Part shown: positions 1 to 9,800 of the stretch, piece by piece
How positions within the stretch are numbered: position 1 is the stretch's first letter
Layout: each line of letters begins with the position of its first letter
Origin: a virus
Taxonomy: Duplodnaviria > Caudoviricetes
IMG/VR virus record: IMGVR_UViG_3300030451_002095
Coordinates: 1-61,128 of that record
Length of the DNA: 61,128 bases
Reading direction: 5' to 3' (one strand)
Translations under genes and position numbers: made by a program
Notes under the pieces: model-generated
Seen by the model: the letters and a program-made list of their open reading frames with translations, nothing else
The model's database searches: none
Told to the model about the DNA's origin: nothing

Positions 1-53
1 ACAATATCATATAGTGAAGACGTCAAAGGATGGCCTTCTTTTTATTCTTTTTT
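1..53. repeat. 53-bp terminal overlap identical to 61076-61128 (circular assembly)
   Basis: acaatatcatatagtgaagacgtcaaaggatggccttctttttattctttttt occurs at both ends; the reading frame continues across the join. Confidence 0.97.
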
Positions 54-807
54 ACCTGATTGGATGATAGGTATGAACGGTTATTTTTATTCGTGGAACG
101 GAGGAAATTTATATCGACACAATACAAATCCTTTAAGAAATAATTACTACGGAGTACAGTATAATTCTACTATTACTTCGGTTTTTAATGAAGAGCCATT
201 AACAATTAAGCTTTTTAAAACCATGTCGTATGAAAGTAATGACAGGTGGGAATGTACAGCTTTGTTTTCAGATTTAAGTACAGGGTCTATGTTACAAACT
301 TTTTTCGAACAAAAGGAGGGAGAGTGGTTTACATTTTTAAGAGAAAATACAGGAGAGTTAGATTTTAGAGACAGGTCAACTAATGGTATTGGTCGATGTA
401 CTAATGTAACAGGTCCTGTAGCAGCAATAGTAATTGAGTTTGGAACGTTGCAAGATATAGGTAGTATTTTAAGTATTGGAGATGCTGTATATTTTGTTAC
501 CCCTTCAGTACCTCCAGCTGTATCTGGACCACCTACTTTTGGAGGAACTGTAACTAATATTGTAAGACAAAGCACTACAAATGTTGTTACAGGGGTCGTA
601 ACTCCTCCTTCTATTACTATTGATACGGTTGCTCCAGTAGCCGGAGCAGTGCCTCCTGCTGGAGATTATATTTCTTTTGTAAAAGACGCTGTTGCAGAGT
701 CACACGGAGCCCGTGGTTATTTTTTAAATTTTACACTAACTAACAACAATACAAATGCTGTGGAGTTATTTTCTGTAGGTAGTAGCGTAATGAAATCGTT
801 TCCATAG
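1..807 (+). CDS. Tail/nozzle-associated structural protein; true start ATG at 61052 across the circular join (about 276 aa)
   Basis: ATG at 61052 gives MPTPYEPATISYSEDVKGWPSFYSFLPDW in frame with ORF 64..807; the GWPSFYSF...YRHN segment resembles C-terminal parts of Bacteroidota podophage tail stabilisation proteins; lies in the tail module. Confidence 0.7.
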   Translation, partial: TISYSEDVKGWPSFYSFLPDWMIGMNGYFYSWNGGNLYRHNTNPLRNNYYGVQYNSTITSVFNEEPLTIKLFKTMSYESNDRWECTALFSDLSTGSMLQTFFEQKEGEWFTFLRENTGELDFRDRSTNGIGRCTNVTGPVAAIVIEFGTLQDIGSILSIGDAVYFVTPSVPPAVSGPPTFGGTVTNIVRQSTTNVVTGVVTPPSITIDTVAPVAGAVPPAGDYISFVKDAVAESHGARGYFLNFTLTNNNTNAVELFSVGSSVMKSFP

Positions 808-814
808 ATTTTAT

Positions 815-822
815 TATCTTTG
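815..822 (+). promoter_or_regulatory. Bacteroidota sigma-70 -7 element TATCTTTG
   Basis: Matches TAnnTTTG just upstream of ATG 828. Confidence 0.6.
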
Positions 823-827
823 CATAA

Positions 828-1238
828 ATGAAATTAACTATAATACCACTAAAAGAAACGGATTATGACAATATTTTATGTCAATGGTGGAAAGATTGGC
901 GGTGGACGCCTCCTTCAAAGGATTTTTTACCCGAGAACGGAATGGGTGGTTTTATTGTGTATGACGGAGATATTCCAATATGTGCCGGGTTTATGTATGT
1001 AACTAACTCAAAAGCAGCGTGGTGCGATTGGATTATATCTAATTTAAAATATAAAGATAGACAAAAAAGAAAAGAAGCTTTAGAATTATTGGTAAAAACA
1101 ATAAGTGATAAAGCGGAGGGGTTGGGAAAAAAATATGTATATGCTTTAATTAAAAACAAACCTTTAATTAATGTGTATAAAAAAATAGGTTATGTGGAGG
1201 GTAGCACCTACACTCATGAAATGATTAAAACAATATAA
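828..1238 (+). CDS. GNAT-fold acetyltransferase-like protein
   Basis: ICAGFMY...WIISN...LINVYKKIGY pattern; sits just before the ejection genes, as in many podoviruses. Confidence 0.6.
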   Translation: MKLTIIPLKETDYDNILCQWWKDWRWTPPSKDFLPENGMGGFIVYDGDIPICAGFMYVTNSKAAWCDWIISNLKYKDRQKRKEALELLVKTISDKAEGLGKKYVYALIKNKPLINVYKKIGYVEGSTYTHEMIKTI

Positions 1239-1239
1239 T

Positions 1240-1989
1240 ATGGCAGTAGCAACAGCAGCGGTAGTAGGAATAGCCGCATCAGGTTATCAGGCATATCAAG
1301 GTTTTTCAGAAGCAGCTAAACAAAAACAATTAGCCGCGGACGCAGATAAAGCTGCGGCAAAAGCCATGAAAGAAGCAAAACAAAAAGCCGAAACAGATTA
1401 TTATGAAGGGTTGAATGTTCCTTTAGACGCTTATGAGGCTGAATTTGAAAATCAGTTAGCAGGACAAAAGCAATCAGTAGAAGCCTTACAAGAAGGAGAC
1501 GCCAGAGCCTTAGCTTCAGGTGTAGGCCGAATAGGAGCTCAACAAACTGCGGCAGGAGAACAAACTCGTATTGCTATGGGTGAAGAAATATCTGATCTTA
1601 ATAAAATGAAAGCCGACTCTAAAGACGCTATAAATCAACAACTTATAGAGATGGATGTTGCTTATGCCAAAGAGCAGAATCAAAGAAAAAGAGATGCTGA
1701 GGCAGCGAGAGCAGCAGGTATACAATCTGGTGTACAGGGAGTTACCGGGGTGATTCAAGGCGTAGGATCTTTAGCTCCGTTATACGGGCAAAGTAGAGCT
1801 GATAGAAGAGGGTCAAAAATCGCTGAACAATATTCGGCTCAAAAACCAGCGGGCATGTCAGATAGAGAGTGGCAAGCTAAAATGGGAGACATGGACTTTA
1901 ACCGAAAAGATTACCAGAGACTTAAATCTGGAGACCCTAATAAAGCTACTTGGAATCAGGAAACTAATCAATTTGACTTTACACCTTAA
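1240..1989 (+). CDS. Internal virion/DNA ejection protein (small)
   Basis: Ala/Gly-rich hydrophobic N-terminus and helical A/Q/E-rich body; first of three genes of increasing size. Confidence 0.6.
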   Translation: MAVATAAVVGIAASGYQAYQGFSEAAKQKQLAADADKAAAKAMKEAKQKAETDYYEGLNVPLDAYEAEFENQLAGQKQSVEALQEGDARALASGVGRIGAQQTAAGEQTRIAMGEEISDLNKMKADSKDAINQQLIEMDVAYAKEQNQRKRDAEAARAAGIQSGVQGVTGVIQGVGSLAPLYGQSRADRRGSKIAEQYSAQKPAGMSDREWQAKMGDMDFNRKDYQRLKSGDPNKATWNQETNQFDFTP

Positions 1990-1991
1990 TT

Positions 1992-3842
1992 ATGGCAAAC
2001 CAATTCGCAAAAAAAAATATAGACTTTGATGTTTATGAAAGGCAAGACCCTGCTTCAACGGTTGATTGGGGGAAAGCGGCAAAAGATATTGCCGACAGTT
2101 TTCAAGGTGTTGTAGATGAAAGAGAAAAAAGAAAAGGAGAAATTGAAAAAGCTTATCAAGACCAGCAGAAAGCTTTAAATGATATAGGGGAGTATGATAA
2201 CCCCACCATACAACAATTTGTAATGAATGGAGGTCAAGATGCTGCGAATAAAAACTTAGATTTTTATAACCTTATGAAAAGAGGTTTAGTAAAACCTGAA
2301 GATTACGAAATGTTTAAGCACAATCAAAAAACAGGTTTTGATTTGATGAAAAAAAACGCAGCTAATTTTGATAAAAAATTTCAAGAATACACCCAAAGAG
2401 TACAAGACGGAACGGGTGCTCCAGGTGAAGAGTGGATAGGAAAGCAATTAGAAGGATTTGCTAAGTTAAACAATATGCAATTAGAATCAGACCCTGAAAC
2501 AGGAAATATGGTGATGTTAAAGATAGACCCTGAAACAGGAGAGCCTATACCCGGTTCAAGTATGAGTGTTCAGCACATGACTTTAATGATGGAGCAAAAA
2601 ATTGATAACTTTGATGTTGGAGAGGCAACCACGGGTATTAAAAACGAACTTGGAAAAATTATTACAGCAGATTTTGAGCTTCGAGGAATTACAGGAACAG
2701 TAACTACAGAAGAGCGAAGCAGGGCGGAAACAGAGTTTTTTGCTACTGAAGATGGACAAAAGTTTTTAAATCTTAAAGCTCAACAAATGATTTCTAATCC
2801 TTACAATCAGCAATCTATGATGATGAACGCTGGTTTAACCACAGAAGATGGTACCGCATTTCAAATAGGTAGTCAAGAAGAGTATGATAAGTGGAATGAG
2901 GAAAATCCAGACAATGAAAGTAATAATCCGTACTTAGTTATGGAGTTTGGAGAAGATAATGTTTACAGACCTAAGTTTAACGAGGCTCAAAATAAAATAG
3001 CTGAAGACTACGCTAAAGACCAAATTACCAGCGCATTAGATGTGAAAGAAAGTGTGAGTGCTCAGAAGATTCAAAAGACTCAGCAGTATGCTCCTGAGTA
3101 TGTATACAAAAGAGGAGATGAAAAGAAAGATATGTTGGCTATAGGTAAAAACGTTAACCTCTTAACCTCGGGAGACCCAAGACAAAGGAAAGCTGCTGCT
3201 GAAGCAATTGGAGCTGAAACCGGAGCTGATATTCAAGTAGTAGTAGATGATAACGGAGTAACTACAGAGTTTATTATAACAAAACCAGGTGAAACCGCTA
3301 AACGTATTAGCGCTTTTGCCGAAGACGAAAACGGGCAGCCGGATCCAAACCAACCTTTAACTGTAGATGAATTGAATAGATCGATTTATGAGCACGCGGT
3401 TGATGGTTCTAACTACGACCAGTGGTTAGATGCTGGAGGAGTAGTTGGAAAAGATGTAGGAACAGGAGGTGTAGATGTAAAACAAGCAGGACAGCGTATA
3501 GATTACACTCCAATGGCTGTTGCTGATGTAAAAGAATTTTTAGGTATGGGAGATTCGTTGCTTGGTCAATTTAGAACCAGTGCAATTATAGATAAATTTG
3601 ACCAGATGTTAACTAACGAAGCTTTCTGGCCAGAATCAATGAAGGGTATTGACAAGTCGGTAAAAGAAGAGGATGGTAATATTGTCTTTACTATTGGAAA
3701 CGAAACAATTAGTTTCCCTAACAAAAACGCGACTACCACTCAAGAAATTGTAGACGGGGTACAAAACTTAATGAAACAAGTTGTAAACGATATTAATCAA
3801 GGTGGGGGCGGTGACAAGACTGGCGGAAAATATAATAAATAA
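1992..3842 (+). CDS. Putative internal virion/ejection protein
   Basis: 616-aa ORF between the small and giant ejection-type genes. Confidence 0.55.
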   Translation: MANQFAKKNIDFDVYERQDPASTVDWGKAAKDIADSFQGVVDEREKRKGEIEKAYQDQQKALNDIGEYDNPTIQQFVMNGGQDAANKNLDFYNLMKRGLVKPEDYEMFKHNQKTGFDLMKKNAANFDKKFQEYTQRVQDGTGAPGEEWIGKQLEGFAKLNNMQLESDPETGNMVMLKIDPETGEPIPGSSMSVQHMTLMMEQKIDNFDVGEATTGIKNELGKIITADFELRGITGTVTTEERSRAETEFFATEDGQKFLNLKAQQMISNPYNQQSMMMNAGLTTEDGTAFQIGSQEEYDKWNEENPDNESNNPYLVMEFGEDNVYRPKFNEAQNKIAEDYAKDQITSALDVKESVSAQKIQKTQQYAPEYVYKRGDEKKDMLAIGKNVNLLTSGDPRQRKAAAEAIGAETGADIQVVVDDNGVTTEFIITKPGETAKRISAFAEDENGQPDPNQPLTVDELNRSIYEHAVDGSNYDQWLDAGGVVGKDVGTGGVDVKQAGQRIDYTPMAVADVKEFLGMGDSLLGQFRTSAIIDKFDQMLTNEAFWPESMKGIDKSVKEEDGNIVFTIGNETISFPNKNATTTQEIVDGVQNLMKQVVNDINQGGGGDKTGGKYNK

Positions 3843-3844
3843 TA

Positions 3845-6800
3845 ATGAACGAAGAAGCGATTAAAGATGGTTATAATTACTTTGTGCAAACAGGGTATAA
3901 TGGAACTATAGACGACTATAAAGCACTGTTACAGCAAAACAATGAAGCTTTTAACGATACTTATAAATACTTTGTTAACACAGGGTACAATGGAACCGTA
4001 GAAGACTTTCAAACTTTAGTAGGTGTTACGGAGGTAAATGTCACTGACACTGAAAAAAAAAATTCAAAATCTTCACAGGAAGTGGAGGAAATGTTGGTTT
4101 CAGGTATACCACAAGTTCAGGACATCGATGGTACTTTGGAGTCTTCAGAGTCAAAGATAAATCAAGATAATACCGCACAGCCCGAAGTTAATCAAAACGA
4201 ACAAGACGTAAACCAGGATAACACCGCTCAACCAGAAGTCAATGTAGACGAGCAAGAGGTTGACCAATCACAAGGAACTCAACAAAAAGTAGATCAAGAA
4301 ATATTAGATAGATTTGCGGCCATACAGCAGTTAGAGCAGGATTGGTGGATAAAAAGAGCTAAAGGAAATAAAGAACAAGCGGCATTAGATTTTTCTACAA
4401 CAAGAAAGGGGGATCTTACTGAAGCGGAGTTAAATGAGTATATGAGTTTAGGAGGTGTGAACGCTGTTCCTATTGAAGACGATAATAATCAAGCAACAGA
4501 AATAATACAACCTCAACAAATTGTACAAAGGTCTGAAAAGTTTGGGGGAGGAAAAGCATTATTAAACACAATTAAAAATATATTTAAAGGACAAGACTCT
4601 TCTGGAGATAGAGCTTATAATAGAGAGTATTTTGCAGAAACAGCGGACGGAGAAAGAGTTGATCCGGAATTAAAAAAATATATTGAAAGTGACGATCAGT
4701 TTACTCAGTCCCTGCAACATGTTTCTCCAAGGGCTATAGCGGATCCAGAGTCTTCCACAATACCTTTAATGGAATATCATTTTACACAACACGGGTATCA
4801 TTTTGAAGCCGCTGATGCGGCCGGAGATGGAATGAACGCGTATGGGTACCGAAAAGAAGGCGATAAGTGGTTTAAAGTAAAACACTATGTTAACCTGGAT
4901 AGATTGTGGTCAAAAGCATCAACCGCCAAGGCTCTTAGAGATTTTTTAGAAGAAAACAGAGAAGACACACGAGAGTATGTAGAGCTAACTAAAGGAGACT
5001 TAGAAAAACAAACCGTGTTTCATGATCAAGACCAGGTGGATAGAACGGTTAAAAAAATGACCGAAAGAGAAGACGCTCTTCGAGATGATATAAAGTCTTA
5101 TTTAAAACAGGTAAGAGATTACAACACTATCAAAGACCTTCCTGAAGATGAAGTAATTTATATAGAAGATATAAACGGAAAACAAATGGCCACTACTCCC
5201 GCAGCCCTACTGCAAGAGTTAAAATTCCAACGACAAAAATTAGTAAGAGAGCGTGAGAATTTAATTAATATTGGAAGTGAGTTAGACAGGGATATAGGTT
5301 TATGGTATATGCTTAGAGGTCAACAAGGAAGTAGGTCTGGAAGTTTTTTACAGAACATGGTATCTGGGGGAGCCTCTGATATTGGGGCGTTTGGAATGGA
5401 TTTTGTAATAGACACGGGAACTGAAATTGCTGGTTTATTTGATGAAGACTTAGATACGGACGCTGTTAAAAAACAAATTAAATTTGGTCAAGATGGTGAA
5501 AGACCAAATATGTCTCCTTTTTCTCAATACGCTAACAGAACAACTCAACGAATGGAGTCTGAAAAAGGTATAGTGGGAGGAGCTGAAGCAGCTTTTGACC
5601 AGGCTCTTGGTATGGAAAATAGAGAGCGTATTAGACAGAAAATGGAGCGTGAAAATATATTTGTAGAAGACAATCCTTTTTCAAATGAAGATTTAGAAGG
5701 AGGAAAAAAAGGCTGGTGGGAATGGGTAGGTAACCTTGGTTTTTATGGTGCTGCAAGAAGTATTCCGGCTATGGTGGGCCCTGGAAAAATTAGACTTTTA
5801 AATATGGGGGGTCAAGCTTACACTTATCTTAATAAAGAGATGGCGGGTAATGAATTTTTTGATGATATATCTGAAGGAGAAAAGAAGCTTTTCGCTATAC
5901 CTTTAGCTGTGGTAATAGGGGTTTTGGAAAATGTAGGTTTTAGAAACATGAAGCAAATGAATAGTATTAGTTCTAAAGTCTTAATGAATGTGTTAGGGAA
6001 GAGCGGTAAGGATGTGACAGGACGAAATTTTAAACAACTGGTTAAAGCTGAGGTTAACAGTATGATAGCTCAAGGATTAATTAGAGTAGGAAATGCGGGT
6101 GTTGCTGAATTTGAAACAGGATTTATGCAGGAACTTGCAGATATAACATTTAAAAGTATTTATAATACTGTTAGAGATAGCGATGCTTTTCAAACTCCTA
6201 AAAGTACGGAAGAGTTTTTTGGTCAACTATTAGTTGGAGCTACCTCGGAAATGATTGGTGGTTTTGTAATAGGAACCCCGGGAGCTATAGTGTATGCCGC
6301 AAAAGATGGGGACTTTACTCAAGTAAGCGATGATACTTTTAAAGTTTTTGAAGAGGTTCATAATCAAAAGCCCGTTAGAGATTCTTTTGTAGCTAAAATA
6401 AAGCAGAAAATATTAGACGGGAGTATGACCAAAGAAGAAGGAGATAGACAAATTGCTATCTACGATCAAGTGGTGGGGGTTATGAATCAAATTCCTACAG
6501 ACCTCCCGATGAGCTCTAAGAAAAAACTTTTAGGAAACCTATTAAGACAACAAGAGTTAAATGATTATATCGATAAGTATAATAAACAATTAACTAAAAA
6601 ACAACAAAGCGAATTAAACTTTTTAAAAGATCAGGTAGATGTTATTATTAAAGAGGGTGATAAAATAAATGAGATAGTTAAAAAAACCAAAAAAGAAACA
6701 GGTGAAGAAACTCAAGATGTGGAGGTAACTGATCAGGAAGCGAGGGAGTCTTTAGAGCAAGACAATGAATTAAATGCTCAGCTGGAAAAAAGAGGTATGC

Positions 6801-9800
6801 CTAATTCAGGACAAAAACTTATTACCCAAGAAACTATAAATGAAAGAAAAGAAAAGTTAAGACAAGAAAAATTAAATAACCAAAAAAATAAAAAAGATGC
6901 CATTCAAGAGTCAAGCACAACGCAGGTGGATGTACAAACACAAACCACAGATAGCGGCCAAATGGGAACGCAAGACGTCACGGGGGAAACTACCACAGAG
7001 GGTCAAGTCGAAAGTGAAACAGATACTGGGACGCAGAAAGAGACGGAAGTAGGGGATCCATCTATTGAGCAAGAGGTGGGCGATTTAACTGCTGCTATGG
7101 GGGGTCCAATAGATAATCAAACTGAAGGAAGTCCAGAAACAACAACTCAAACAACCACTTCGTCTGTAGAGGTAGATAGTGAAACTAATAATGTTACTAT
7201 GCAAAAAAGTGACGGTACAAGCGTTTCTTTACCTGGTGTAAGTGTAAGTGATAATGTAACCGTTACTGAAACCGCAGGGGACCCTACTGTTGTAAGGATA
7301 CAAAAAACATTATTAGACCAAGCTAAGAAAGCGGGTAAGGCTATTAAAAAATTATTACCTAATGTAAATATAGTAATACACGCTACAGAAGAGGCATATA
7401 ATCAAGCTGTAAGTCAAGATAGTAAAGGGACAAAAGGAACTTTTGCTCCAGCTACTAATACTATACATATAAACGCTCCTAAAGCGTCAAGAACAACAAT
7501 ACCTCATGAAATATTTCACGCTATTTTATTTAATAAATTAGGGATAGATAAAAATATTCAAGAGGTTACTGATAGAATGTTGAAGGCGGTTATTAAAGCG
7601 GTTAAAGATCCAAAGATTAAAAAAGACTTACAAGACTTTGCTGACGGTTACGCTATTGAAGACCAAAGTGAAGAGCAGGTTGCGGAGTTATTTGCTTTAT
7701 TAGCGGCTAATTATGCTAAATTAAATAAACCTTCTAAAAATATTATCAAACGATGGTTACAGGCTATCGCTAACAAACTCGGAATACCAGCATCTATAAC
7801 TACTGATTTTACCAAAACAGAACAAGACATTGTAGACTTCTTTAATATATTAGCCGGTAAGGTACAAACAGGAGAGGAAATACAAGAGTCTGATATTGAA
7901 GTAATAACAAAAAAACCTAAAAAGAAAACTAAAAAGTCAGAAAAGAAGCCTAAAAAAGAAATGACTAAAGAGGAGGAGGCTAAAATAGCGGACGAGCTTT
8001 ATGTAGAGAGTAAGATTAAAGAAGAGGAACAAAAAGAAAAAGAAAAACGAAAGGCTTATGAAGAAAGGGAAGCTGAATTGGAGCAGATAATGAGAGACGA
8101 AACAGGGCTTCAAGATCCAACTATTGGTTATGTAATGGAGCAGATACACTCTTATTTTTCAGGTATAACTAAACAGGATTTTGATAAATTTGGAGACCCT
8201 AATTTAAGAAAGGGAAATCCAGCCTTAAACTTTTTATTAAGAAGAAACGCTTCACCTTTAGATACTCAAAGTATAGAGTTAAGCGAGATAGCTGGTATAG
8301 AAATTACCGAGCAGGATTTTATTGACTACATGGTAGATAGAAGTAACAACCCAGGAAAATATGTTAAGTCAAAGGAAAAGAATCAAAAGGATATAAAAAA
8401 CAAAAAAGCAGGTTTAGATAAATTAATTCGTATGTATAACATGAACCCTAAAGGGTTTATTGGTACAAATATTTATTCTTTACAAGACTTAGAAAACTGG
8501 GCAGCATCTTTAGGTTTTGGTATTGGTAGAGCAAGAGTTAGAGATAAGAGCGCTTACGATTATGGAAGGTTAACAGGTTATTACTTAACTAAAAACGGAA
8601 GGTTTTTTAACCCACGATCAAAGGAAAAAAATCAAAAAAACATAGACGAGAAGAATCAAAAAGTATTTAATAAAGAGGATAATCCTATTGATATTATTAA
8701 TGATGCCCGTAATCAAAACTTTACAGACCCAGCTATTTATGATTACTTAACTCGAGTTAGAAAGTTCCCTAAAAGAGAAATTAAAGAGTTAATGAAAGTG
8801 TATGACGAAACACTTCAAACTGTACCTCCTTCTGTAGGAGCAGTTAAAGGTGGTATGTTAAATGGTTTAAAATTATATAACAGAGTATTTAAGAAATATA
8901 TTCAACTTCAAAAGGCTAACGTTAAGAATAAATCTAAAAAAAGTCAGCAAGAAATAATGGACTTAACAATGGATTATTTAAAATCTCAACCTGAGTTTAA
9001 GGCGTTAAAAGACAAAGGCTCTGATATTCTTTCTACAAAACAAAGAGTTATAGAGATAGATATGGTTAAAGCTTTAGCTGGACCAACCAGTCCTGATTTA
9101 GCTCAATCAATAAAAAAATCAATATTAATTCTTAATTCTAAAAAATTAGGAGTAAGAGAAATAAAAGAAATCCAAAGAGAACTGAGAAACTTTTTAAGAA
9201 AAGTTTTACCTAAAGATCTTTATACCAAAAAGAATGTAACTGATTTATTGAAAGAAATAAATGAAGCTACTCCAGATAATATAGAAAATATTAAAAATAA
9301 AATAGTAGAGTTTGCTGCTGAGAAAAACAATATTAGACTTGCTGAAGAGGTAGAGAAATTATTAAACCCTAAAGATAGAGTAAAAATTAATAATATATTA
9401 AAGGGTGTTGGTATAGATGACGCTACTCGTAAAAGATTAGATGGTATTAGAAGATTGCTTAATCCTAAATCAAAAGATGGAAATCTTAAAACTGATATAG
9501 GGGTAAGAGATTACTTAGCTAAATTAGAAGAAAGATATAATGAAATTAATAAAAAAGCTAAGAAGACAGATCAGGATTTTAAAGATATGACCGACCTTCA
9601 AATGGCAATGAATTTAATAAACGCTCAAGAGCTAATGAGCGATAAAGATATAGCCAAGGTAGCCACATTAAGCCAGTTAAAAGATGAGTTAACTCAAATT
9701 ATATTAACAGGAAGAACTAAATTTAAAGAAGAGTTAAGGGCTTCTCATTTAGAGTATGTAAGGCAGTTTAAAGAAGTGTGGCAAGACATTACTGGTAAAA

